Origin: an uncultured archaeon
Lineage (GTDB): Archaea > Aenigmatarchaeota > Aenigmatarchaeia > QMZP01
DNA: 59,609 nucleotides
Assembly (NCBI GenBank): GCA_964555875.1
Contig: CAZKUD010000002.1
Span: forward strand, 1 to 59,609
Reading direction: 5' to 3'
Position numbers and translations under genes: made by a program. The stretch's first letter is position 1. The number at the start of each line of letters is the position of its first letter. The notes under the pieces are model-generated. The model was given only the letters and a program-made list of their open reading frames with translations, was not told the origin of the DNA and searched no databases. Below are positions 37,419 to 46,811 of the stretch, piece by piece.

Positions 37419-37734
37419 ATTTCTCAACCATGTTCTGCCATCTTCTGTTGATTTTGATTGCTGTACATATTATAATTTTCCTGTTGATTATTAAAACGTA
37501 CCTGTGGCACATCGTGTTACTGTAAACGAAGTAACAGTCATATTTTTCTTCTCCTGGTTTTCTGGATTTTTGCCTGGCTGCGAAGGCCAGCCTTTTCGGA
37601 TTCACTATGTTTTCTTTCACCTCTTCCAGATTCAGGCCTCTCTGGACTGCCCTTATCTTTGCATGGCTGGTGAATATCACATCCTTCTTTGAGTATGTTT
37701 TCAGCCGCTCTACAAGGCTTCTCTTCTCGTTCAT
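37405..37734 (-). CDS. DUF4258-family protein (RelE/BrnT-like putative toxin)
   Basis: IFTSHAKIRAVQRGL motif; basic protein. Confidence 0.75.
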   Translation of the reverse strand: MNEKRSLVERLKTYSKKDVIFTSHAKIRAVQRGLNLEEVKENIVNPKRLAFAARQKSRKPGEEKYDCYFVYSNTMCHRYVLIINRKIIICTAIKINRRWQNMVEKYARV

Positions 37735-37809
37735 GATGGCCTAGGAATGAGTTGGCAACAAGAAGCTTAAAGATGGGGTTAGGAGCATTCCACTATTCCG
37801 CTAGAATTA

Positions 37810-38856
37810 TCAGGCAGTCACCAGAACGGAGTTGAAGCGGCTTGAGACCCTGTACTTGTAGGTCTTGCCTACCTTCTTCCTGTCCACCAGGCCGTCTGCC
37901 ATCAGGCGCCTGAGGAGGTTGTTGACGGAACGGACTGCATTGTCCTTGTTCTTGTACTCGTCCCCCTTAATGCCCTTGGCTATCTCGGAGGGGGTCATCT
38001 CTCCCCCCTCTGAAAGGGTGTCCATTATGAGCTTCTGCCTTTCCGGGAGCTCCTGGACAGTGTCCATAGAAAGCTTCCTCTCTGGCTCCTCCGCGCCCTT
38101 CATTATGTCAGGCTCGACAGTTGAGACGCCCTTCTCCATCGCCCTCTGCACCATCTCGTCGCAGGTCTTGAGCACCTCCCTGGGGAAGCCCCCTGTCCTG
38201 TCATAGATGTAGTCCACAGCGTTGGTCGTGAAGGGCTTGATGTCGTCCCCTCCTATCCCCTCTATCCTCCTCTTTATGAGCTCCCTTGTCTCTGCCTTGG
38301 AGAGGTTTGTCAGGTTCACGTGTATGTTCACGCGCCTCATGAAGGTTTCCAGCCTGTCCATCATGGTCTTCTCAAAGACAGGAAGGCCAGCCAGGATTAT
38401 GAACAGGTTGTCAGTCTGGTCAGTTATGGTCCTTATCCATTCCAGGCTGTCCAGGCTGGCCTCATGGCACTCGTCGATGAAGAGTAGGCACTTCCTGCCG
38501 TTGAGCTTCTTGTTGAGATGTTCGTAGAGGTTGTATATGTTCACGTCCTTCCTTAGGAAGGAAAATTTGGAGGGTTTCAAGACCGGGTTGAATACCGTGA
38601 CCCAGTCGTCAGCGCTCTTTGGGGGCTTTGGAAGATATATGACATCAGAGCCGGGGAACCTCCTCACGAGGTATCTCATGAAGGTCGTCTTGCCTGAGCC
38701 CGTCGGGCCCAGGAGTATGGAGAACTTGCTGCCGTTGTTGAGGCCCTCTGTGAAGGTCTCGGTCTCCTTCTCATAGCCCACGAAATATTCAGGGAGGATC
38801 CTGAAGCTAAAAGGATTCTCGTCCCACCTGAACAGCTCCCTCGCCCTTTCGTTCAT
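37810..38856 (-). CDS. AAA+ ATPase (ExeA/GspA-like, initiator clade) with C-terminal winged helix
   Basis: ENPFS, GPTGSGKTT, FIDECHE, ILAGLP, TGGFPRE; C-terminal TPSEIAKGI...LRRLMADGLVDRKKVGKTYKY. Confidence 0.88.
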   Translation of the reverse strand: MNERARELFRWDENPFSFRILPEYFVGYEKETETFTEGLNNGSKFSILLGPTGSGKTTFMRYLVRRFPGSDVIYLPKPPKSADDWVTVFNPVLKPSKFSFLRKDVNIYNLYEHLNKKLNGRKCLLFIDECHEASLDSLEWIRTITDQTDNLFIILAGLPVFEKTMMDRLETFMRRVNIHVNLTNLSKAETRELIKRRIEGIGGDDIKPFTTNAVDYIYDRTGGFPREVLKTCDEMVQRAMEKGVSTVEPDIMKGAEEPERKLSMDTVQELPERQKLIMDTLSEGGEMTPSEIAKGIKGDEYKNKDNAVRSVNNLLRRLMADGLVDRKKVGKTYKYRVSSRFNSVLVTA

Positions 38857-38860
38857 CTAT

Positions 38861-39106
38861 CTTCACGCCTTGCTTGTGAATGTGTCGTGAAGCCGGGGAA
38901 TGTGCCCCAAAATCTTCACGTAATTTCATATGAAGTCCAGATATATAAAGTTAACGTGATGAAGTTGGTGTGAAGGTTGTGTGAAGGTTCTTCACGCCCA
39001 GTCACATGATGCCGGTTCTTGTTGTGAAGTTGGCCCCAACTTCATGGAACAATCTTCACATCTGTTTCACAATACCTTCACGTATGCTGTTTCCTGTCGT
39101 GTGAAG
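38861..39106. promoter_or_regulatory. Array of about 16 GTGAAG/CTTCAC-type motifs in both orientations, partly phased at 11 bp, in a divergent intergenic region
   Basis: Exact copies at 38861, 38887, 38914, 38970, 38981, 38990, 39024, 39054, 39076, 39101; one-mismatch copies at 38876, 38930, 38959, 39040, 39065 and a two-mismatch copy at 38924. Confidence 0.85.
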
Positions 39107-39146
39107 TTGGAAGACTTTATTTAAAGTTTCCCTACAACCATCAGTC

Positions 39147-39608
39147 ATGGATGAGATACTGAGGGCAGGAGAGGATGTCGCCAGGGCCATGGAGAAGCAC
39201 CTCAACATACTGGACACGTACCAGGGGAGTGACACAGGCTACGCATGCGTCATGGTCAGGGGAACCGAAGAGACCCGGGAGGCCATCAGGCTGCTGGAGG
39301 ACAAGGGAATAGACCATGAGCAGCTGATGGGAAACGTCATCTATGTTTCCCGTGAAGGCATGGACGTGCTGGAAGAGGCAGGCTACAGGACCAAGAACAT
39401 CAGGGGATACATAAAGGGCCTTGGCCTGAGGAACCGGATGGCAAGCGCCCTTCTCCTTGTTGACGCCTCATGCGAGCTGCAGAGCAGGGAATTCAGGAAG
39501 GCCTGGGAAGGGATTCCCATAGCGCACCTGACCGGAATGGTTGAGGGCGATGTCCCTGAGGAATACCTCGGCCTCAGCCTGGTCGATTTAAACCCTGAGA
39601 CTGTATAG
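39147..39608 (+). CDS. Hypothetical protein
   Basis: Host-like codon usage; first gene of a co-directional run; TATA-like ctttatttaaa upstream. Confidence 0.75.
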   Translation: MDEILRAGEDVARAMEKHLNILDTYQGSDTGYACVMVRGTEETREAIRLLEDKGIDHEQLMGNVIYVSREGMDVLEEAGYRTKNIRGYIKGLGLRNRMASALLLVDASCELQSREFRKAWEGIPIAHLTGMVEGDVPEEYLGLSLVDLNPETV

Positions 39609-39614
39609 ATTCTT

Positions 39615-40169
39615 ATGAGGCTTTTTGTTGCTCTTGAGCTGGAGCCTTCCCTGAGGGAGAAGATAGGCGAGATAGAGGCTGATTTGAGGAGATGTGAAGG
39701 CGACGTGAAGTTCGTGGAGCCTGAGAACCTGCACCTGACCCTCAAGTTCCTTGGGGAGATAAGGAAAGAGTTCCTCCCAAAGGTGGAGGAGGGAATCAGG
39801 AAGGCCCTGGAGGGAATGAAGCAGTTCAGGATATCCCTGGAAGGGGTGGGCTATTTCGGCTCCCCAACCTACCTCAGGACCATCTGGGTCGGCGTGAAGG
39901 AGGGCCAGGAGCAACTGCACGGCATCATGCTGAAGCTCAACAGGGAGCTGGACAAGTTCAAGAAGGACACCCGGAAGCCCAATGCGCACCTGACAGTGGG
40001 AAGGGTGAAGTCATCAAGGGGAAGGGATTGCCTGCTGGAGAAGATGGCTGACCTGGCCGGCGTGAAGGTCGGGGAGATGGCCGTGAAGGAGATATCCCTG
40101 AAGCAGAGCGCGCTTTCAAGGGAAGGGCCTGCTTACACTGACGTGAAGGCGTTTCCCCTGCTCCCCTGA
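39615..40169 (+). CDS. thpR: RNA 2',3'-cyclic phosphodiesterase (2H family)
   Basis: MRLFVAL, two HxT motifs (LHLTL, AHLTV). Confidence 0.93.
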   Translation: MRLFVALELEPSLREKIGEIEADLRRCEGDVKFVEPENLHLTLKFLGEIRKEFLPKVEEGIRKALEGMKQFRISLEGVGYFGSPTYLRTIWVGVKEGQEQLHGIMLKLNRELDKFKKDTRKPNAHLTVGRVKSSRGRDCLLEKMADLAGVKVGEMAVKEISLKQSALSREGPAYTDVKAFPLLP

Positions 40170-40200
40170 ACTAATATAAAATCCGGCACCTATAATATAG

Positions 40201-41625
40201 ATGGAAAAGGGCACAATGGACAGGGACCTGGCTGATTCTGTGGTCAAGAAGGCACAGGAACTGGGGGCGAGCTATGCCGAGGTCAGGCTGGAGAGCTTCG
40301 ACGCCTCGGCATTCCTTCTCAAGAACGACACGCCAGAGATATCGGACTTCCAGAAGTCCAACGGGCTGGGCGCCAGGTTCCTGGTCAACGGGGCCATGGG
40401 CTTCATGTCCATCAATGACCTGAAGAAGGCCCTGGTCATGAAGAGGGTGGAGGAGACCATAAGGACCATAAGGGCCTCTGCCAGGATGCTTAAGTCTCCC
40501 CTCAAGTTCGCGTCAGAGCCGCCTGCCAAGCACGAGTGGGTGGTCAGGCAGAAGGAGAAGCTCCAGGACGTGGACCCGAAGGACAAGATGGAGTACCTGT
40601 TCGACGTCAGGAAGGCCATAAGGGAGGTGGACGGGACGCAGAGCTTCCTGCAGCTCTTCGAGACGATGAGCAGGAAATACTACACCAATTCAGAGGGCTC
40701 CATGCTGTTCTCTGAGACCCCCAGAATCGGGCTGTTCTACCTGCTGACCGTCTCGGCCGGGGGCGACTCGGAGCAGAGGATGCTGGAGCACGGGGCGTCA
40801 GGCGGATGGGAGAGCGTCAAGAAGTGGAACACCATCCACAATGTCGGCCAGGAAGTAAGGGCCCTTAAGGCCGTCCTGGAGAAGGGAAAGGCCGCCCCGA
40901 AGGGCGACGTCAAGCTCGTCCTGAGCCCGGAGCTTGTGGGCATACTGGTACACGAGTGCTGCGGCCATCCCACCGAGGCTGACAGGATAATGGGAAGGGA
41001 GGCCGCCCAGGCTGGCGAGAGCTTCCTGGACAGGGGCTGGCTCGGCAAGAGGATAGGGAACGAGGCAGTGACAGTGGTGGAGGACCCGACTGTCGAGGGG
41101 AGCTACGGCTTCTACCATTACGATGACGAGGGCGTGAAGGCCAGGAGGAGGTTCCTGATAAAGGACGGCAAAGTGAACGACTTCCTGCACAACAGGCAGA
41201 CTGCAGCCATGATGGGCATAAGGAGCAACGGGGCTGCCAGGGCGGTCAACTACTCGTTCGAGCCTATAGTCAGGATGGCTAACACCTTCATGCTTCCGGG
41301 GAAGCACAGTTTCGAGGAGCTCATGGAGGGCGTCAAGAAGGGCGTCTACATGAAATCGTTCACCGAATGGAACATAGACGACAGGAGATGGAACCAGAGG
41401 TACGTGGGGTGCGAGTCCTACCTGATAGAGAACGGGGAGATAAAGGCCCCCGTCAGGAGGCCCGTGTTCGAGATAACCACACCGGGGTTCTACGAGAGGG
41501 TTGAGGCCTGCGGAAAGGACATCCAGTTCGTGGCCGGCGAATGCGGCAAGGGAGAGCCCATGCAGGGCATACCCGTCTGGATGGGCGGGCCGCACATAAG
41601 GCTTAAGGACGTGAGGCTGGGATAA
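40201..41625 (+). CDS. tldD: TldD metalloprotease
   Basis: HECCGHPTEAD, YDDEG, RMANT, CGKG. Confidence 0.93.
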   Translation: MEKGTMDRDLADSVVKKAQELGASYAEVRLESFDASAFLLKNDTPEISDFQKSNGLGARFLVNGAMGFMSINDLKKALVMKRVEETIRTIRASARMLKSPLKFASEPPAKHEWVVRQKEKLQDVDPKDKMEYLFDVRKAIREVDGTQSFLQLFETMSRKYYTNSEGSMLFSETPRIGLFYLLTVSAGGDSEQRMLEHGASGGWESVKKWNTIHNVGQEVRALKAVLEKGKAAPKGDVKLVLSPELVGILVHECCGHPTEADRIMGREAAQAGESFLDRGWLGKRIGNEAVTVVEDPTVEGSYGFYHYDDEGVKARRRFLIKDGKVNDFLHNRQTAAMMGIRSNGAARAVNYSFEPIVRMANTFMLPGKHSFEELMEGVKKGVYMKSFTEWNIDDRRWNQRYVGCESYLIENGEIKAPVRRPVFEITTPGFYERVEACGKDIQFVAGECGKGEPMQGIPVWMGGPHIRLKDVRLG

Positions 41626-42965
41626 TGGACATCAGCGAGAGTTTCAGGGGAGCGGAATTCGTTGTGGACCAGGCCAAAGAGCTCGGGGCAGACGACTGCG
41701 TGGCTACGGTCACCAAGAGCCTGGCCAGGCAGCTCAAGTTCGTGAACAACGAGATAGCCACATCAAAGGCCTGGGACTTCGTGAACACCAATGTCTTCAT
41801 GTCCGTCGGGAAAAGGATAATATCCAGCACCATCAGGGAGACGGACGAGGCCAGGATAAGGGAGGCTGTCAAGAGCCTGCTGGCAGTGGCCGGGAAGATG
41901 CAGCCCAAGAAAGACTACAACGGGATAGCGAAAGGCCCGTTCCAGTACAGGGAGATACCAGAGACGTTCGACCAGAAAGTGGCCAGCCTGGCCGAAGGGG
42001 GAGTGGACATAGTCTCCTCTGCTGTTGACAAGGCCCTTGAGAAGGGGGTCAAGAGGTGCTCAGGCGTGCTGCTCTGGAACTCCTCGGAGTCCTTCAAGGC
42101 CACGTCAGGCGGGGTCAAGGCCAGTGAGAAGGGAACTGACATGCAGTTCTCCCTGAGGGCCCTGGTTGACAAGGAGATGTCCGGCCACAGGGTCGGCCTG
42201 TCCAGGATGATGGGCAAGCTGGACCACAACAGGATTGCGCTCGAAGCCGCTGACATGGCGGTCAAGGCGAGCAGGCCATCTGACGGTAAGGTGGGGAAGT
42301 ACGACGTGCTGTTCCACCCGATGGCCTTCGCCAACCTGATGAGCTACACCGCCAATTCCTTCTCCGCTTTCTACGTGGATTCAGGGTTCTCATTCCTGGC
42401 CGACAAGATAGGCAAGAAGGTGGCGTCCGATATGTTCAGCCTGACCGACGACGGGACAGTCCCGAACGGGTACTGGTCCACCAAGTACGACGAGGAGGGG
42501 CACCCTGTCAGGCCGACCCCGCTTGTGAAGGACGGGGTGATGCAGACCTACCTGCACAACACGTCAACCGCCAGGAACCACAAAACGGAAAGCACGGGCA
42601 ATGCCGGGCTCATATCGCCCTCGGCCTGGAACATAGACATAAGGCAGGGGGACATGGAGGTAGAGGACATGATATCGTCCATAAAGGACGGCCTCTACGT
42701 GACCAACCTCTGGTACACCAGGTTCACCAACTACAGGACAGGCGACTTCTCCACCATACCCAGGGACGCGATATTCAGGGTGAAGGACGGGAAGATAACC
42801 GGCAACTGGAAGAGCATCAGGATAAGCGACAACATGCTGAACATAATGAGGAACGTGTCGGCCCTGTCCAGGGCCAAGGAGCAGGTCTACTGGTGGGAAA
42901 CCAGCGTGCCTGTCACGACTCCCCATGTGCTGGTGAAGGGCGTCAACGTGACCAAGCCCCAGTAG
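41625..42965 (+). CDS. pmbA: PmbA/TldE partner subunit
   Basis: YDEEG, STGNA, TGDFS; lacks HExxH; coupled to tldD. Confidence 0.9.
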   Translation: MDISESFRGAEFVVDQAKELGADDCVATVTKSLARQLKFVNNEIATSKAWDFVNTNVFMSVGKRIISSTIRETDEARIREAVKSLLAVAGKMQPKKDYNGIAKGPFQYREIPETFDQKVASLAEGGVDIVSSAVDKALEKGVKRCSGVLLWNSSESFKATSGGVKASEKGTDMQFSLRALVDKEMSGHRVGLSRMMGKLDHNRIALEAADMAVKASRPSDGKVGKYDVLFHPMAFANLMSYTANSFSAFYVDSGFSFLADKIGKKVASDMFSLTDDGTVPNGYWSTKYDEEGHPVRPTPLVKDGVMQTYLHNTSTARNHKTESTGNAGLISPSAWNIDIRQGDMEVEDMISSIKDGLYVTNLWYTRFTNYRTGDFSTIPRDAIFRVKDGKITGNWKSIRISDNMLNIMRNVSALSRAKEQVYWWETSVPVTTPHVLVKGVNVTKPQ

Positions 42966-42998
42966 AACGTTATTAACCTGGCGGACGAATTCTAAAGC

Positions 42999-43829
42999 AT
43001 GAACCTGAAGGAGGCGCTGAAGGATGACCTGAAGCCCGGGGAACTGGAGCTTGTGCCGCGGGCTTTCGACATAATAGGGGACATCGCCCTGGTGGAGATA
43101 CCTGAAGAGCTGGACGGGAAGGAGAAGCTGATAGCTGAAACGATACTGAAGGTGCACAGGAACATCAGGACAGTCTGCAGGAAGATGGGCGTCAGGTCAG
43201 GGGAGCTCAGGCTGAGGGAGCTCAAAGTGCTGGCAGGGGACGGGACAGAGACGGTCCACAAGGAACACGGGGCCATGTACATGCTGGATGTCAGGAAGGC
43301 CTACTTCTCGCCGAGGGAGGCAACGGAGAGGCAGAGGATATCTGAGCAGGTCGGGCCAGGTGAAACGGTCCTGGTCATGTTCTCAGGGATAGCCCCCTTT
43401 GCTGTGATGATAGCGAAGCAGCAGCCAAAAGTGGCCAAGGTGTACTGCATAGAGCTGAACAGGGACGCGTGCAAGTATGCCGAGGACAACATAAGGGTGA
43501 ACAAGCTGGGCCACAAGATAGTGCCCGTCTGCGGTGACGTGAAGGAGGAAGCAAGGAAGCTGTACGGGAAGTGCGACAGGGTCGTCATGCCCCTGCCGAA
43601 GGAGGCGCACAGGTTCCTGCCCGAGGCCATAAGGTGCCTTAAGAAGGAGGGTGTCATACACTTCTACCATGTGGCGCCTGAGGAGGACATGTTCACCGGG
43701 GCAGTGAAGCTGGCAAGGGACCACTGCAGGAAGGCTGGGAAGAAGTGCAAGGTGCTGGCCAAGAAGAAGGTGCTGCTCTACAGCCCCAGGAACTGGAAGG
43801 TCTGCATCGACTTTAAGGCCTCGGGGTGA
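42999..43829 (+). CDS. Trm5/Taw2-family tRNA methyltransferase
   Basis: FDIIGDIALV, KAYFSPRE, MFSGIAPF, IELN, DRVVMPLP. Confidence 0.88.
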   Translation: MNLKEALKDDLKPGELELVPRAFDIIGDIALVEIPEELDGKEKLIAETILKVHRNIRTVCRKMGVRSGELRLRELKVLAGDGTETVHKEHGAMYMLDVRKAYFSPREATERQRISEQVGPGETVLVMFSGIAPFAVMIAKQQPKVAKVYCIELNRDACKYAEDNIRVNKLGHKIVPVCGDVKEEARKLYGKCDRVVMPLPKEAHRFLPEAIRCLKKEGVIHFYHVAPEEDMFTGAVKLARDHCRKAGKKCKVLAKKKVLLYSPRNWKVCIDFKASG

Positions 43830-43927
43830 TCAACATGACCTGCTTAGGAAGGCTGATAGCCCTTCCGGGAATGTGGACCCTTTGCCTGGATAAAAACCCT
43901 TAAAAAACTAATTAACAACATACCTTC

Positions 43928-44698
43928 ATGGCAGTGAGGGAAGTTTCTTGCAAGAGCCTGCTGAACCTGAGCAGGCTGCCCGGCGCCAGGTACGTCATCA
44001 ACCCCTACACGGGGTGCCAGAACTCGTGCGCCTACTGCTATGCCAATTTCATGGCCAGGTACAGCGGCCATGAGGAGCCGTGGGGCGAGTGGGTTGACGT
44101 CAAGATGAACGCCCTGGATGTACTGGAGAGGGAGCTCAAGACAGCCAGGAAGGATTCTGTCCTGCTGTCGAGCGTGTGCGACCCTTACCAGCCCCTGGAG
44201 AGGAAGTACATGATGACCAGGAGGATACTCGAGAAGCTCCTGGAGAGGGACTTCCCGGTTGACATACTCACCAAGTCGATGCTCGTCCTCAGGGACACGG
44301 GCATCATAAAGCGCTTTTCAACCAGGAGGGTCGGGCTGACGATAACGGGCCTGGAGGAAAGGGACAGGATGGTTCTCGAGCCGTTCGCGTCCTCCCATTC
44401 CGACAGGATAATGACACTCAGGACGCTCAAGGAGGAGGGGATTGAAACCTACGCCTTCGTCGGCCCGATACTTCCTGGCGCCACCGACCTGGACAGGGTG
44501 TTCTCTGACATAGCCGGGAAGGTGAAGTTCGCCCTGGTGGACAGGCTGAACATGAAGGCCTCCATGAACCCCATGCTGGACAGGATAGCAGGAAGGGACT
44601 ACCCCCAGCTCATCAACGGGACTGACTGGAACAGCATAAGGGAGAAGGCGAAAGAGGCTGCCTCCAGGCACGGGGTGAAGGCCCAATTCCTGTTCTGA
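43928..44698 (+). CDS. Radical SAM protein, SPL-like family
   Basis: INPYTGCQNSCAYCY (CxxxCxxC), DPYQPLE, LTKS. Confidence 0.88.
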   Translation: MAVREVSCKSLLNLSRLPGARYVINPYTGCQNSCAYCYANFMARYSGHEEPWGEWVDVKMNALDVLERELKTARKDSVLLSSVCDPYQPLERKYMMTRRILEKLLERDFPVDILTKSMLVLRDTGIIKRFSTRRVGLTITGLEERDRMVLEPFASSHSDRIMTLRTLKEEGIETYAFVGPILPGATDLDRVFSDIAGKVKFALVDRLNMKASMNPMLDRIAGRDYPQLINGTDWNSIREKAKEAASRHGVKAQFLF

Positions 44699-44734
44699 AC
44701 AGATTTCAGGCAAGAGCGGGAATCCTTTCTGCAG

Positions 44735-45034
44735 CTAGGCGTAGCAGTCGTTAAGGTCGCACTGGCACTGCCTGTACTCGTCTCCATCTACGAACCTGGA
44801 GTCGAGCAGCCTGCTCGTCTTGACGTTTGCCCTGCTCGCGCATATGGACAGGCAGACGTCCTCGGCGACCTGCTCGGCATTCGGCTCTGTCCCTATCCTG
44901 ACAAGTGAAGTTATGGGAGGCTGGGGCGACACCCAGTCGTGCTCGCACCCTTCCTTCACGACATGGCCCGTGGTGGCGCAGCCAGACACTGCCACCATTG
45001 CCGCCAGGATAAGCACCATTGCAAGCTGCTTCAT
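44735..45034 (-). CDS. Small Cys-rich lipoprotein
   Basis: Lipobox VAVSGC; five further Cys. Confidence 0.75.
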   Translation of the reverse strand: MKQLAMVLILAAMVAVSGCATTGHVVKEGCEHDWVSPQPPITSLVRIGTEPNAEQVAEDVCLSICASRANVKTSRLLDSRFVDGDEYRQCQCDLNDCYA

Positions 45035-45089
45035 GGATAATTCTTGTCAGCCAATCTTTTAAAAGAAATCCGGGATAATAATTATCATT

Positions 45090-45161
45090 GCCTCGGTGGC
45101 TCAACGGCAGAGCAGCGGTTTTGTAAACCGCAGGTTGGGGGTTCGATTCCCTCCCGGGGCT
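45090..45161 (+). tRNA. tRNA-Thr(UGU), CCA not encoded
   Basis: Acceptor GCCTCGG/CCGGGGC, D-stem GCTC/GAGC, anticodon stem GCGGT/ACCGC with loop TTTGTAA, T-loop TTCGATT. Confidence 0.96.
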
Positions 45162-45163
45162 TC

Positions 45164-45754
45164 TCACTTCTCCACCCGGAATGGCTTCCCGTGGCCGGGG
45201 ATGATGTAGTCGGCCAGCTCCAGGACCTTCTTCCTGCTTTCCTTCAGCTTTCCCTCGTCCTTCATGTAGGGGTCCTTGTGGTTCATGAGGCTCTCCTTGT
45301 CCGTTTTTTGCTCCTCGCCGTCAGTCCACCAGAACACGTCGGCTGCTACCGCCACCTTCCCGAACTCCCCGGTCTGGACAAGGACAGTGCAATGGAAGGG
45401 GTCATGTCCGGGGGTCCTGATTATCTCTATGCCTGTGCCGGGGACCTTGCCCCCATGCTCCTCTATCTTGCCGTCCCAAGAATAGAAGAGCTCATTGTCG
45501 AGCACCTTGGCGTTCCCGAACATGCCTGCCAGGAGCGTATGGTCCAGGTGGTAATGCGTCAGGATGACGAAGTTGATGTCTGCCACAGACAGGCCTTCAT
45601 TTTTTAGGGCATCCAGGAGCCTCTTCCTGTCCATCCCGGGGTCCACTATCACATTGACCCCGCTGTCCCTTATCAGGGTGGTGGCGGATGACGCGAACTC
45701 AACGTCACCCTCCTCCCTCGCATAGCCCTGTATCAGGACTTTCACTTCAGCCAT
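45164..45754 (-). CDS. Metallo-beta-lactamase-fold hydrolase
   Basis: Start MAEVKVL at 45754; THYHLDH, TPGH, IIPGHG. Confidence 0.9.
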   Translation of the reverse strand: MAEVKVLIQGYAREEGDVEFASSATTLIRDSGVNVIVDPGMDRKRLLDALKNEGLSVADINFVILTHYHLDHTLLAGMFGNAKVLDNELFYSWDGKIEEHGGKVPGTGIEIIRTPGHDPFHCTVLVQTGEFGKVAVAADVFWWTDGEEQKTDKESLMNHKDPYMKDEGKLKESRKKVLELADYIIPGHGKPFRVEK

Positions 45755-45818
45755 GCTAAATGATTCTCCCAAGGGTTTATATGGCTTCTTTTTTATCGCA
45801 GGATGACGAATTATAAAC

Positions 45819-46781
45819 ATGCCCAAGAGTAATGTGAAGCTTGCGGAAATATTCTTCGAGATGGCGGACATACTGGAGATGCAGGGCGTCAACTGGAAGC
45901 CCAGGGCATACAGGCAGGCCGCCAGGTCCCTTGAGGCCCTGGATGAGGACGTGTCCAGGGTGAACAGGAGGGGCGGCATGAAGGCCCTGGTTGAGATACC
46001 CGGGGTGGGCGAGAACATTGCCAAAAAGATAGTCGAGTTCTTGGAGACAGGGAAGATCCGGTCACACGAGAGGCTCATGAAGACTGTGCCTAGCCACATG
46101 AACATGCTGATGAAGATACAGGGGATGGGCCCCAGGAAGATAAAGAAGCTGCAGGAGAGGCTGAAGATAAGGAGCGTGGAGGACCTGGAGAAGGCGGCCC
46201 TGGAGAACAGGATAGCCGCCATACCGGGGTTCGGCGAGAAGTCAGAGAAGGACATACTGGAGAACATAGCCCTGATGAAGGGGGCAAGGGGCAGGGTGCC
46301 CCTGGCAGAGGCGGAGAAGGGGGCGAAGAGGATAATGGCCCGGCTGAAGAAGCTGGAGGAAGTCAAGCAGATATCTGCCGCAGGCTCCCTCAGGAGGAAG
46401 AGGCCCACAGTCGGGGACATAGACATACTGGTGGCGTCGGACAGGCCCCAGAAGGTGATAGACGCCTTCACGAAGATGAAGGCGGTCAAGAAGGTGCTCG
46501 CAGGAGGGGGAACAAAGGGAAGCGTAATACTGAAATCAGGCGTGCAGTCAGACCTGAGGGTCATCCCCCTGAAATCCTGGGGCGCAGGCATGCTCTACTT
46601 CACGGGAAGCAAGAACTACAACATAGAGCTGAGAAGGGTAGCGATAAGGAAGGGGTACAAGCTGAACGAGTACGGCCTGTTCGACAAGAGGACAGGGAAG
46701 ATGGTGGCAGGCAAGACAGAGAAGGAGATATGCAGGAAGCTCGGAGTGAAGTACCTGGAGCCGGAGGAAAGGGAGAGGTAG
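45819..46781 (+). CDS. polX: Family X DNA polymerase lacking a PHP domain
   Basis: 8-kDa lyase HhH (IPGVGENIAKKI), AGSLRR, GDIDIL, SDLRV, YFTGSK, LNEYGL. Confidence 0.9.
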   Translation: MPKSNVKLAEIFFEMADILEMQGVNWKPRAYRQAARSLEALDEDVSRVNRRGGMKALVEIPGVGENIAKKIVEFLETGKIRSHERLMKTVPSHMNMLMKIQGMGPRKIKKLQERLKIRSVEDLEKAALENRIAAIPGFGEKSEKDILENIALMKGARGRVPLAEAEKGAKRIMARLKKLEEVKQISAAGSLRRKRPTVGDIDILVASDRPQKVIDAFTKMKAVKKVLAGGGTKGSVILKSGVQSDLRVIPLKSWGAGMLYFTGSKNYNIELRRVAIRKGYKLNEYGLFDKRTGKMVAGKTEKEICRKLGVKYLEPEERER

Positions 46782-46811
46782 TTTTTTTAATCACTGGCCC
46801 AAATTAGAGGT

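Larger units (their letters stand above)
36993..37824. mobile_element. Low-GC islet carrying a TA pair, bounded by a 16-bp direct repeat (atcaggcagtcaccag) that duplicates the 3' end of the AAA ATPase gene
   Basis: Repeat at 36993-37008 and 37809-37824, with partial identity extending further; hand-counted 60-nt lines inside gave 40, 35 and 25% GC versus 60% in a flanking antiporter line. Confidence 0.7.

Noticed and set aside
38857-39146. Hidden low-complexity ORF explaining the GTGAAG array
   Set aside because: Motifs occur on both strands with 11-bp (non-triplet) spacing, and their TGA stops closed the minus-strand frames I translated; the ORF track also lists nothing here.
45090-45161. 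tRNA-Thr as an integration site
   Set aside because: No duplicate of its 3' end and no integrase noticed in the window; flanking genes have host-like composition.
45755-46591. 475-aa ORF-track protein
   Set aside because: The upstream part is the antisense shadow of polX; the real MBL protein starts at 45754.
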